Shown: positions 40,530-54,370 of the stretch, piece by piece
Layout of the letters: each line of letters opens with the position of its first letter
Position numbering within the stretch: the stretch's first letter is position 1
Assembly: GCA_003344405.1 (NCBI GenBank)
Contig: NOWV01000028.1
Coordinates: 248,001 to 312,000 of the forward strand
DNA: 64,000 nt
Source of the DNA: Trichoplax sp. H2
Lineage: Eukaryota
Direction: 5' to 3'
Translations under genes and position numbers: made by a program
Notes under the pieces: generated by a model
What the model saw: the letters and a program-made list of their open reading frames with translations, nothing else
Told to the model about the DNA's origin: nothing
Databases searched by the model: none

Positions 40530-41020
40530 TGCAAGACTTTCAATCTGGGTACAAGATAGTAAGACTATAGAAACGTTGTACGAGGATGAACATGTTACTC
40601 CTCTGTAAGGCGGAATCAGGCTGAGGTTGAGCGTACAGCCAGTCGATGTAAACGTCAAATAGATGTCGAGAGGTATCGGTAGCCATTTGCACTGGTAGGC
40701 TTTCATTCTGGGTACAAGGTACCAAGACTATAGAAACGTTGTACGAGAATGAACAAATTACTTCTGTGTAGTGCGGAATCAGGCTGAGGTTGAAGGTACA
40801 GCCTGTAAATGTAAACGTAAAACAGATGTCGAGAGGTATCGGCAGCCATTTGCACTGGTAGACTTTCACTCAGGGTGCAAGGTACCAAGACTATAAAAAT
40901 GTTGTACGACGATGAACAAATGACTTCTCTGTAATACAGAATCAGGCTGAGATTGAGGGTATATCCAGTAGAAGTAAACTTCAAATAGTTGTCGAGCGTT
41001 CTCGGCGGCCATTTGCACCT
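40530..41020. repeat. Tandem repeat, 3 x 163 bp, upstream of ELYS
   Basis: aagactata..gttgtacga..gaatcaggctgag..gccatttgcac recurs with an exact 163-bp period. Confidence 0.95.
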
Positions 41021-41984
41021 CAGCAAGAAGACTTGAGTTACTTTGCCTTTGCTAGTACGACATCTGTTTTACACATATTAGTGCACTTGACTTAGTCACG
41101 TCCATTATTCCTGTCCTGTACTTTTGCTACCAAGACTGTCATGGTCATTTTCTAGTGGTCCATGGCATGGTGGAGTGTCGTTGTAGTTCCTATACGTGCA
41201 TGGTATTTAGTAGTCCAGGACACTGTACACTATACACCGTATGGTACAGTATGCAACACTAATCAGCTTGCACTGCAGTACAATACTGCTGGACTCCACT
41301 ATGGCGTCAGACCATCAGACGATCGTGTTCTACTCGCTCAACCTACAGTACTATATTCCCCGTAGTCCATGATACTGTACACTGTGCACTGTAAGGTACT
41401 GAACGTACGTGCCAGTCATGTTCACCAAACTGAAGCACACGAGCGGGAAATCGTCTCTATTGAAAGTGCATTGCAGATTTGCAGCGGCCATTGCGCTTGA
41501 TTCTTCCTCATCCATGCATGGAGGTCTGGGTGATAAATTAATCCTTGCCTTACTGAAAGAAACTTCTACTATTGCCTTACTAAGATTGCTGCTCCATCGA
41601 GGATTGAATTGAATTGAACTGGACTGCAGCCATAGCGTTGAATCAGTTATTTTGGATATCCAAAGGCTCAGCCAATTGATTAATTAATATTCTTATTATT
41701 CACTCTTACTCCACAAGTAGACGAGTAGATCGACAACTGCTACGCTCGTATCGGATTAAGGTAAGAGAGATTGGCTAAACTTTGCCATGGCTATATCGTC
41801 ATTCTTTCTTATCCAGTTAAGCATGTTTCTACAACAGGAGAAATGATAGCGAGTTCGTCTTGTCTAAGCATACAGTACATAGACACATTCGATTAGGCTA
41901 ATCGTTTAGTTGTTGCGCTCATACAACAGTTCATTCAACCATTTCTATCCAATACGAGTTTGATAATACTCCCATCTTATGCTA

Positions 41985-42290
41985 ATCATTATGACGAAAG
42001 TTTCTTGGTAGTAACTCGTTGACTTGAAGATCTCTGGCAGTTCTTGACTTTAGGCATGATCATTCGTAAGCTCTATTTCCTTCATAGTCATATATACAAC
42101 TGTCATTTTTGACTTTAAAGATAAATGACGGCTATATCCTTGTTTACTCCTATTGATCATGACGAAAACTTCTTGCCAGTTGCATACAGTTATCCCAGTC
42201 TTACGCTTACTTTATCATTGCATGACTTTAGGCATGGTCATTCATAATAAGCTCTCTTTCCTTCATGGCATACGTACAACGGTCATTTTA
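41985..42290. repeat. Diverged 2-copy duplication (~170-177 bp period) in the ELYS 5' intron
   Basis: atgacgaaa..ttcttg and tgactttaggcatg(a/g)tcattc..taagctct..ttccttcat..tacaac.gtcatttt each occur twice. Confidence 0.8.
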
Positions 42291-43090
42291 CTGGACAATT
42301 TAAAACATGCTTACTGATCGACCTGTTTATAAGCTTACCACAGTGCACAGTGGTATTGGCTAGCTAAACCCCAATGATTGATATTTGACTAGAATTAACC
42401 ATCATCAGTCTGTAGGATGTGACGCGACTTGAAAGCTAAAAATCCCCAAAATTGTTGATGGTAGGAACATGTCGATACTGGCTGCGTTTTCAACCATACT
42501 GCATTAGTTCGAACAAGTAGTATTGAACGCTTTAAAGTCACATCGACACTTGTACAAGATCATTTCCATGTGGTCGACATACATACAAGTACACTAGACT
42601 GCACAGTATATACTGTATAGTGCAATCATGGCTACAGGATAAACTATTTTTAATAATCAATTCATAGTCATTCACAATCAAAGTAGAATTGATTGCCTGA
42701 GAAGTAAGTCAACATCAACGATCGCCTATTTCACTAAACACTTGAACCAAATAGGACTACTATTTTAGCATGCCAATCCATTCTATATATAAGCCTAATT
42801 GTTTTTGCTACAGTCATGGTACGGCTAACTTGAACGAACTCCAATCTTATTTATGACTGATGTCCATAGCAGGAAAGTTTTTAATCTATTATTACTGGTA
42901 CAAATATGGTGGAAATACCATTAGAATGCTGTACTACTGTAGCGTGGTCTACACCATATACGTGCTGATTCTTTCTCACATTTGTCTATCGACTGTTGCA
43001 ACCATACACTATTTATACAAACGTAATACTGTATTAATTGATTTTGGACTATTGCATTGAACAGCTCCGACAATATCCACAACAATCAAC

Positions 43091-46000
43091 ATGCCACATC
43101 TATCAAAGCCTTATAAAATTTCCTCCTTTATGCCCTATTGTAAACCATCCATTGAAAGATTGGATAACTTACCAACACCTCCAAACAGACAAGGTGGAAC
43201 CTGTGAAAATGGATGGCAGTGTTGGCTGTATCAAAGCTCTCATTTGGAAGTTCTTGACTGTGGAAATGGTAATTAACAGTAACATTGTAGTAATTGTTCT
43301 GATCGCTTGTGTTGGCATGGTATTCCTTGACCATTTGCAAATTATATAATACGTACATACAGTAAATTTCCAAAACTGAATTCTAGATTAAAATAATTCT
43401 TGGTGTCAAAAATTACGTAATCGGATGAATTCTGATTCTAATCGCAGTACAACACTTAGATAAAGTAGCTTTTTGCATTGAGCTAAATACTGAGTTAACC
43501 TTGCATATGGATACTAATTTCAGTAGTCTACATAGAATTACATAGGTACTGCCAAGGAATAGTGCGATATGAATAAAATTTGTACATTATGACAATACTT
43601 GCTTTTATTCCAATCGACTTTATCTTATATCATAGAATTAATCTTCAAATTTATCATCGCTTTAATTAAGGTAACTGTATCTCATCGTGGAATTGGAAGA
43701 AAGACTCATCTGCTACGATAGTTGGGGTAGATGAATTCTCATCGCATAATTCAAACATGTTAGTGATGGCTATATCAACCACAACCAACAGCTTTCTGCG
43801 TGCAGACAGTGGATTACTTTATCTTTATGATCCTGCTATTTCTCGAGTTGTTAAAGCAATTGAGTTACCATTTACTCCCACCTTTGTTTCTACCATGACA
43901 ACCGATGGTGGCCCAACAGCTACTCCGGCCAACTTTGGCAATGCTTTAAGGCTTTTTTTTGGTGTTGTAGCCCTTGGTGCTGTTGATGGCAGTATTTATT
44001 TACTTGACATGGGGATGGACGATCAAAGTTTAGTTTGTGATGAAAGTTGCCCTAGAAATGTTCAAATAATTGATGCTGGCACAACGGCAGACTATGCTAC
44101 ACTCCGTTCAACTGCAAGGAAATATCAAATGCATCTATGTTTGCGTTTAGGAGGTGAAAAAAACTTTCTCCATATTTTTAAAGTTGTACTGTTCTTTATT
44201 GTACTGCGCTGTAGTCAATGATAGCTAATTAACTGATCTGGCCTACTTTTCCCTAACTCAATTCAATTGATATTATCTATAACGTAGTATGAAATATCGT
44301 TGATATCTTACTGTTGATCTAAACTATTCTTTTGCAGCCAAATTTCAAGAGAATGGAAAATTCTGTTACTTCTATTCCGACTTCAAACAGTATCGCAGTT
44401 TTTCAAAGAGTAAGAAGAGATTTTTGTGATAAATTATTACAGTATGTCATGTAGAGATTAGGTTATGAATAGTACAGTAACTTTTACAATATAGCTATTA
44501 TTTGAAATCATGTACTTAAATATTGCTATATAATGTCTTTTTTGCTTGCTTTGCAGAGGAAGCCGAAGTTACCTGTTTAAAGTATATTCAGCAAATCAAT
44601 TGTATTGTTGCGGGTTTAAAATTCGGAGGGATTCAGTTCTACAACTTAAAAGATTATTCATTAATGTATGAGCAACCTTTTCTACTAGTTCATTGTTAAT
44701 AACAACTTTATACACATGTTATTAATAATATACCCTTGCAATTGTTCTATCTTACGGGATTAGTTGTAATATGCTGTTATTTGTGTTCTAGACATAGCGT
44801 AAATGTCTTTTTAGATGATACTATAAATGGAATTCCTATTACCCATTTTGTATATCAAGAACCAGAAGATGATCCTAAGCCATTCTGCTATTTATGGGCT
44901 GCTTCAGGGTCGTCACTGAAAGACTCAACGTAAGACATGATTTAGCCTGATATCAGTAAATAGAGTTGGACAATCGATTCAACATTTATATTATTAACGG
45001 TAAATAACCGAAAAACTCTTTATGGTATTGCAGGAACCCTTCTAGTTCTGCTGTAATAAAAATGTATCAACTAAAATTTAGCCAGCGTGAAAAATTAACT
45101 GAAAGATTTTATTACATGGTATGAAAATTTACAACAAAAGCGATTGCTAACTGTAACTACAGTTGATGTTCAACAATAATGAATATTGAAAGTTGACGTG
45201 AAATAGGACAGTCAGTTAGCCACAAAGTAATGTAACATATATTATCATCTATCTTAGGCTCTTGAATCCTGCCACCCAGTATTCACTCACACCTTATCCA
45301 GCAATTGCTATTCACTATTGAATGACGCAAATGATAGCCGTTTGATATCGTGTTTTGCTATTGGTATTTTAATCTGATTTACATTGCATTTGATTTAAAA
45401 TAATAATAAGCACTTGTTTTTTAGTTGCAAGCTTATTCTTGAGGATTTTTGTACAATTTGTTACGATATAGAACGACCGATTCGAGATAATGATGGAGTT
45501 AATGTAAATTCTACGCTAGCGGCTTTTATTTGGGAATCGTATAATATTGGGTCTAGTGCCTCACCTGTTTGTTACATTGGCATATTCAATATCAACGTAT
45601 GGTATCACATGCATTTACCGTCTTACTTAAAGTAAGTATTTATTCGACCATTATATATCAATGTGAGGATATACGTATTGTAATTCAATGATTTTGACTT
45701 TGGAAATAATAAAATTAAAAAATTGTTCGATTGCTCGTATTCTATTTCAATAGCCCTAGCTATGTAGATAAGAGTGGTGCTTGTCCTTTTTTTGCATTTA
45801 CCGATATGACAGAAGTAGCCCATTCTGCTATTGCTGATAATATTCTAGTAAGTTTGCTAAGTAATTTGATTTATCTGTTGACCATATACTATCACGGTTG
45901 ATAAATTTGTAGCGTAATTAATACTGATCGATCTATCCTAATCTCTCACTTAGGTTGCAAATATCAATAGAAGAAAATTAACTCGTTATCAACCTTCATC

Positions 46001-49000
46001 CAATGTAGCCACAGAGCAAACATCATGGCCCTGGTCATTATCCTTTGGTAACTTTCGAGATCGATATGCAATATGACAATGATTTATAACCTATAAATGA
46101 ATAGAATTATCATGTGATTGAATCACTATACAAATATGTATCGTATATGATTAAATAGTCATTATCACAGTTAGGTTAAAATTAATACTGTGTCAATGCT
46201 ACACTAGTACATCTGAACGCAATATCATAAATATGTGCCAACTTGCTTACTCCACTATGTCCGTATAGTATTGGGCATAGGATCATCTTCATCTTATATA
46301 CTAATATTTTAGCCTAAATTTTTTGGGGTAGATACGCTTTTTGTAATGGACACAGGACTGATAGAAGTTGAATCGTTAGGTGTTCAACTCAATGCGTTAG
46401 CTACTTTAAACAATGATGGTCCTTCTGCTCTAAGAAATCCACAAGACATTTTTCAAGCTTTTGGCATGGCTGGAATTTTACCAGCGAGTGTAGATACCAA
46501 GACAACTAATGCTGCAGTAAGTGTTATTAGCAAGTGACACGATATGTAATGCTATAGAACTCATTTAGAATTCTTTTATTGCGCAAAGGAGCAACGCTTA
46601 GCAATCTTAACAACTTGCTTAGAAGAAGGGTCATCATCATTTATATCCTCCTGTATTAAGACTTGGTCTAACATCGGTTCGTAGAAACTAGAAGTTTTTT
46701 TGCTATATTTTGTGCGCACTAGGTGATATAATTTCCTTAATTATTCTCTAAATTGTAGATTACTCCAAATCTGGATGCTCTCTACGTCTTGTGCTAGAAT
46801 GGGCTTGGTTATTAGTAAACAATTACAAAAATTCGCTTGACGAATTGTGTAAGTATTCGCTTGACAATTGTGTGAGTGATCGTTGAAGATACAAAGAAAT
46901 TTTTTCCTATATTTAATTAGCTATTTCTGATCTTCACACTTTTTAAAACAGGCGAACCAATCTTCGACGGAAGAGCTTTAAGTATTGGAGATAGCACCTA
47001 TAAAACTTTGCGCAGATATTCTGGATTATTTCGTTATTTGACTTTAAATTTTTGTGGTCTCATCGATTATTCCGATAATACAACGGAACAAGGTTATCAT
47101 TAATTAGTAGGATATCAATTTTACTACATTTGTACTGTGTATTCTAATTACTTTTGCGCTATATTTAGGTGTGGCTGAATTAGAAAGCAAATTGCAAGCA
47201 ACCTTATTTATTAATGAGGTATATCATAAAAATCATTACTATTAAATTAAAATAATTCTTAAATCTAAAATTCATCATTTAAATATTCGTAATTATATTA
47301 TTTAGTGGCTTGACGTATTACTTTGGCTTCTTGGTAATGAGATCTTACCAGAAGTAGCAGGTTTAAAAAATGTCTTAATACTTTTCGTATGATGCTATTT
47401 TAAAAATGATGATCTTATTATCATACGCTATTTATCATGATTTACTGATATTTTATCGGTTGCAGAGGAAGTTGCCTCATCCGATACTAGGTGAAAAAAT
47501 ATTTCCTCACAGATATTTTCCTTTTATTATCATTATAATCTTTAACTACTCCTTGTTTGCTTGACACCGCAGCCTGGTCTGTTTTCCTACTAAGGCTATA
47601 TTTGCCGAATATCTGGAAGCCCGAAGGCAACTTTTATATACAGATCAAGGGTAAATTTAAAGTTTCTAAACCTGTTAATATACTATTGAAGATTTATATG
47701 TTATTTACAATAGATAATTTACTTATTCATCAAGGGAATTAAGAACGTGCGATACAGGATTAATGATCGATGGGATAATCGCACTACTAAAAAGTCCGGT
47801 AGATGAAATTTGGGGTCCTAGCGCAAATGGACGCGGAGTCTACCCTCCTCCAAGCTTACATGTAAAATATCTTTTACATTATCATCACTATCTATCACAA
47901 TTTGATATATATATACAAGCGACTCGACGTAACAATCTGTAACCTAATATCTCGATATTATCTGATTGCAGGCTCTGCTGAATATATATTTTATTCATAG
48001 CCCTGATGTCAAAATAAAACACAGCATTGTATCTTTTCAAACGTAACCAATTTAGGATACTAGCAATGCAAATCGTTGAAGAATATGCTGTTTTTCTTTG
48101 GAAACTTTTCTTTAATTTTCAATCACCAGATTTTTTACGCGTTGCTGGACTTAGGAAAAAAGTATGAAACTTTTAGTGATCTTGCTTCAGAATTCGCAAT
48201 TAGATTCGGATTAGAGAAAGGTTTAACGAAGCTACTTTATGGCCTCTGGTTACTAGATGGGCATCAGTTCGATGTAAGTATGCAAAATTGAATTATCTTC
48301 CACATTATAAAATCTAAATTATTATTTTATTACTTAACCCAATAGCTTGCCGTAGAAACTTTACGAAATCCAGTAATTAATGTTCAAATCGCTGAATGGC
48401 AAAATGAGCGAATTCTGAGGACCTTACTGCGACATAGTAATTTTATTAAATATTACTTTTAATAATGGCTATTTTGAACATCAGAATCGATTAACTGCAT
48501 CCTCTTCTACATAGACCGTCTTAGATTATGTCTACAGTATTACCGAAATGTACAATTACAGACTCGTATTTCTAATAACAAACGACTGGTCTTTGAAATA
48601 CTGATTGCAAATGGGTATACCTATCATTGTTATGCATTGTTAAAAATTTGTAGATTTTTCATTCGTTATGAAATTACGTTTGAGTAATATTATTAACTGT
48701 AGTTTCAAATATTTTAAAAAAATTTTAGTTTGGTGGCGGAGGCATTATCACTGCAGGTATAGTTTTTATGGCATTTATAACCAATTATATAGGCAGCAGT
48801 GTAGGCTGTAAGCTAATATTCAAAATTATGCCTTTTATAAGCCTTCGGACAAGGATTTATTTTACTACATCCTCGAGGAAAGCGACAAGTGTAAGACATA
48901 TGACATTTTGATAATTGGAAGTTGAATCCAAAAGTTCTTTTATTTCTCTTATTGCACTTATTTTGATTCTTAACAGACGGACACCTGACGGAGATATCAG

Positions 49001-52000
49001 GAATAATAAGCAGTGATGAAGACATTGTAAGTTTCTTCTAGTAGGTACAACAATAGATAAAATAGTTAAATACTAACACTGTAATATGTTTAATAAGGCA
49101 AAATTTACCGAATGGTTGGAAAAGAAGTCACATCCTTCTAAATATGAATTGCTAGTCGATTTTTATGTCCAACGTGGACGCTATCCAGAAGCAGTTGCTG
49201 CTATGGAAGGACTGACCGCAAGAGCAATGGTAGCTATATATGTTTTATTTTACAGATAATATGCTTGGATAAGCTTTATTATGATTGCGTATTATATATA
49301 TCTAATAATTAGGACGCCCCTAACTATGATATGGATCGTCTTCGCTCGATGAATATTGCGATCAACGGAATAAAGCAAACTATTCCGAATATTCACCAAA
49401 AGTTACTGTCCATAAAGTCACCACATACACCAAATGAAAAATGTAAAAAATCTTGTTACAGAAAATACTATATACAATACATTAACTGCTTGGATTTTGC
49501 TTCCGGTTAACTTTATAAATCTACATTTTTACAACATAATCTGATATTGTTTTACCATTTAGTTACAAAAGATTGCACGCCACTGTCGGTTGACATGAAA
49601 TACTCTCAATTTTCGAATCGATCGTCGACGGAAATGTTAGGTAAAATCGTAACAAAAGTGGAGGAAGTTAGGCGTAGTTGTAAAACCAGAGCAACAAAAT
49701 TTTTGCCTTTTATTAGTCCCCCCCTACTTCCTTCCGATAGCCGAGAAGCCAGGTTAGTTCTAATAATTTCAGGGTATCAGAAATTTATGGAAAGTTAGAT
49801 TACTGATGTTAGGCGATCGTTTATTTTTTTGATATAGCCCTGTCAGTAACTACGGAAAGAAGGTAACTAACAACAATAAGAAAGGATTAAACAATGTATC
49901 TATCTTTCAGAGCTATCCTAGAGTTTGCATATTATGTTGTATGTGGCCTCAAAAATGTTGTAGTAATCAGTCATTAAATTTCAGGATATATCAGATCCGG
50001 AATCGCTCGAAAAGATTCTACATAGACGGTATGGCAAACACAGTTAGATAAACTTTGGTATTAATAATTTTTTAGCATAGCTTAGTAGAAATATTACTGA
50101 AAATTTAATAGGCCAGCATATAGTTCCTATTCGCAAGAGCAACTCAGTCGTATGGAATTATTGCGGGTAGGATATGCTATACAATACTGCATTAAATTAA
50201 AAATTCTTTTGTTGGTTTCGCCTTTAACAAGAAATGAATGTTCCAAATGATTTACTCGTAGAAATTGACTGCAGAAAACAAAGTAGTTAAAAAGCATGTA
50301 CAATTAAATGTTGGCGATCAAAAAGATATCTTGGTAATTTTCAAAACAATATTAGCAATAATTTAAGAATTCCAGTTTAATATTTTTATTGCCTAACTGC
50401 TTCTATTTGGGAATTCGTAAGGCTAATAACATTGGGAACGATGTTAGGAAAGGTGTTATGCCGCTCCCTGACACCGTATTAAAAGTGCGTACTGTGATCT
50501 ACAACTTCCGTAGGGAATTACGAATAAAATTAGCTACAAACATGTAAAATTTATGTTTTACTACTGATATATCTTTAGGTACACCATATCACACCGAAAT
50601 CAGATAAATATTTTGCAACTAGAACTGAGAATAGAGCTATCGGAGGCATGCCCAGTAATTTAGAAGGCGGTAAGTACTGTATTGTATATCATATATTTTG
50701 TTAAAAATTTGGTTAATTTCATATACGGTTTGAATGGCAGATGCTGTGACCAATACTTATACGACACCGCAACGCAAGATCCTTAGGCAATGTATTGTAA
50801 ACTTTTCATATGATATCACAATTGTTCATCACGGTAAAAGTGAAAAATAGCCTGTCTCTTAATTTTATAACTATTTTATTAGCTATTGAACCATCTAGTA
50901 CTCGAGCATCAAGACCTTTTTCAGCTAGACCGCGTGTCAGTTTTAAAGACCAACAGCATCATAACTCTTCATCCGACGATAGTAGTTTGGTAATGCTATT
51001 TATACTTTTAATAGCTAAACTCAATTCGTTACGGTTTTTTATATCGTTTGATTCTTTGTAGATGGATTCTAAAGATAGTCAGAGTATGGATGTGGACATA
51101 CAAGAAGAATCAATTAGCGATAAAAATGACTTAGATAATGACTCTGATGATGGTCCTGAAGTCATCCTTTTAGAAGGTACTCCATTAACAACAAATGATA
51201 AAGTGACCGCAAGACGCACGAAGGGCGAATCTTCAGTAGCTCATCCCTCGCGCAGCAGTGCTGTGGCCTCCTTCGTAGATGACAATGAAGATGTTTCTGA
51301 TGAGAACTTGGACCCAGATAATGACAGTAACATCCATGAGATGGATATTATCCCATCATTGAAGGATAATCCTGATATTTTCCGTATAAGTACTACTGCT
51401 CCTGTTGTCAGTACTTCAAGTATAAAAGAACCGAAAACTCCGAAAACTCTTGATAGTTTACCAATTTTGAACTCTGAATTTGGTGCCTTGGATTCCACCC
51501 ATGACAAAAGTTTTCGAATGAAATTAAGAAGTTCTGATGATATTTCTATGTTATCCTCTGAACTATCGCCTACAAGTACTATAGATCTCAGTGCTAGGTC
51601 GATTTTATCATCTACTTTGGCAATGGCTCATTACAGAGTGCCTCAACATTATCGATCCATCCTGGAACACTCTCCACGAGTAACGCGATCTATGAGTAAA
51701 AAACTGGCCAAGATTGCGTCTGGAAAATCAAGTGTTGCGGAGCCTTCTTTCAGTCAGCAAAGGTATTAGTACTGTCCATGACTTGCGCTAATCTAGAAAT
51801 GATGATTACGATTTCACCACATCGTTCGAATAAAGTATTCAATTCAAAGAATTGTAATTCGGAAAGTACAAGCTGAGACTTAGTACTTCTTGTAGCTTTA
51901 TGTTTAGTTACTGCAATTAACATATTGGTTGTTGTTCGCTAGCATGCTTGTGTAGTAGCAAGTCGTGATTTTTAAGGCACATTCATCTTCTCAATCTTAA

Positions 52001-52317
52001 TAAATTACATTTACCGTTTGCATACTTGTTTGACTAAAATGAACTGGTTTATTATTTTACTACATAGTCAAGTAAATTCAGAAAATATACCAATGAAATC
52101 AGCAAGAAAAATGAAATCGAACTACTCCAGGATCCCAGAAACTAACCGGGCGGAAATTGAGACTTCAAAGAAAGCTAGTTCGAATTTTTCAAATAGCCCT
52201 TTATCTTTCAAAATGCCCGCCAAAATTTTAGCACCAACATCTTCGCAACCTCAAAAGACTACTAAGAAAGGAGTTAACCTAAGAACCAAAAGCAGGAGAA
52301 AGAGTGCTCGAAGATAA
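43091..52317 (+). CDS. AHCTF1: Nucleoporin ELYS/MEL-28 homologue, many short exons; probable non-coding first exon ending at 41760
   Basis: Segments recognisable against vertebrate ELYS: LYLYDPAISRVVKAIELP..LRLFFGVVAL..IYLLD, YQEPEDDPKPFCYLWA, LRLVLEWAW, YPPPSLH, KHSIIFYALLD, GLWLLD. Acidic/Ser-rich tail and basic C-terminus. Confidence 0.93.
48029..48129 (+). other. U12-type (minor spliceosome) GT-AG intron in ELYS
   Basis: 5' splice site GTATCTTTT; branch-like TTTTCTTTAAT at 48106-48116, ~14 nt before the CAG. Splicing gives in-frame KHSI|IFYALLD. Confidence 0.75.
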
Positions 52318-53639
52318 AATTTTCTTCCTAGAAATCGAATGAATGTACTGTAAATCTAAATTATTATTTAAGATCGATTGTTGACACATGATCTAGTGAT
52401 TCATAGATAGACAGCTAGTATTAAATATTGTACTGTAAACTCGTATCGTAAACATTCAATCATGCTTGGTACGATATCTACTTACACTTAATAAATGGCC
52501 TACTGCGAAGATTTGTAAAATTTCGATCACTTGAAAGAGACTTATTTTTTTTCCTTATACCTTGTACAGTAAACTGCCTCGTTTCTTATGTAAGGACAGC
52601 AAATTATTACTCTCAGATTTTGTTATTACGAAAGTATTCAGAAGATGTTATTGATGGTATACTGATCGTGCTATACATTTAGATTAGGAAAAGAACCATA
52701 AAATAGAATAAATTCCTAGATACGCGTATTTTAAGTTAAATTATGTAGTATATTTCAAAATAGAAATATATTAACTACAGTGTCCATGGTTATATTGGAC
52801 TTTCATGGTGAAAGTATGCTCCGAAAATACTTTATTTTTATTTAGCGTAACTTAATGGTGATGCATTTGTACGTTTCTAAGATCTGCTTGTAATTTGATT
52901 CTGGCTTCAGCCGGTAACCTATCCAGAGTGATTTTTCACCGTCTTGTCATAGAATATCCAGTTTATCAAAGTATATTTCTATGGCTTTGAACTTATAGCT
53001 GAACGTCGTTGCGATTGCGTAATTATATAATTCATAAATAGTATGATGAAATAAAAATGATTCTCATTTACGTTTACAATAATTAATGGATATTACATTT
53101 AACGTCTTTAATAGTTACATTTACGTTTTATATAAAATTAATGTATTACTGTATTGGGTATTCTACAATATCAGTCTATTGCATCAGAAGGAATGAACAA
53201 CCAATCTAACCATAGGACTGGACACTTGAGCATACGAACCACTACTTCAGTAAATTATTAGCAAAGCGTAACTCATAAAGTATGAGCGCTGTATGTGCGA
53301 TAATTTGCAATATACTGTACTTGCACACAATATATTGCAATTTAGTGTTGAGTGATAACCAATAGATATTAGTGCCCATCGTTTGTACTGTACACTAACT
53401 TAATTTCTTGCGAAACTTAGTACTTCAACACCATTTAAGATTGCAGCTGTGATCGCTATTCAACGTAAATCTACATACTAATACATTGTATGGGCCTACT
53501 GGATAGTCCCTGATAATTGCATGAATATACGCTTTCTTTTTGCCATCGATATTCCTACTCGCGATAAACCAATGCTATAGTTTTACTTCTGGAAAGAAAA
53601 AACTTGAAAAGGTATCCAAGTATCATATAGGATTTGACC

Positions 53640-54370
53640 TTCATATGTACCTATTCATGGTCTGCTCTGTTCTTCTCGTTACCGACAGCCTAGACCTCTC
53701 ACCAAGTTCGTGCGCTAGTTTAGCAGTAAGCCCTGACAGTGGATACCTCTATATTGTAATCATAGAGACAAAATAAGATTTTTCTTTTTATCTCTATGAT
53801 TGGAACTTGGGGTCAGATATATGCCAATTCCTGGTATGTTCTGGTCTTCTCATTAAAGATCGCCTAGATCTCTTATCAAGCTTATACGCTAGGTTAGTAG
53901 TAAGCCCAGATAATACCTCCATCTCTACGACTGAAACTTGGATCAGATATATGCCAATTTCTGATCTGTTCTGGTCTTCTCATTAATGATAGCCTAGATC
54001 TCACATCAAGCTTATACGCTAGCTCAGCAGTAAATCCAGACCATGAATACCTCCGTATTGAAAGTATAGAAGCAGAACTTTCTATTTTATCTCTATGACT
54101 GAAACTTAGATCAGATATATGTCAATTCATGGTCTGTTCTGGTCTTCTCATTAATGACAGCCCAGATCTCTCATCCAGCTCAGGCTCTAGCTCAGCAGTA
54201 AGAATGTAAATACGGGTGTCTCAACATTGGTGAATATCTCTATGTTGATCAGATCTACGTATGCCTATTCATGGACTGTTCTAGTCTTCTCATTAATGAT
54301 AGCCCAAACCTCTCATCCAGCTCGGGCGCTAACTCAGCAATAAAAGACCGCGTATACCTCCATATTGCAA
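53640..54370. repeat. Degenerate tandem repeat, ~5 units of ~130-180 bp, upstream of the F-box/ankyrin gene
   Basis: tgttct(g/a)gtcttctcatta..gcc(t/c)agatctc recurs at ~53841, 53971, 54139 and 54281, with a diverged copy at ~53660. Confidence 0.88.

Noticed and set aside
35315..54370. Tandem arrays as CRISPR
   Set aside because: Whole 140-170 bp units are homologous, with no unique spacers and no cas genes; the context is eukaryotic.
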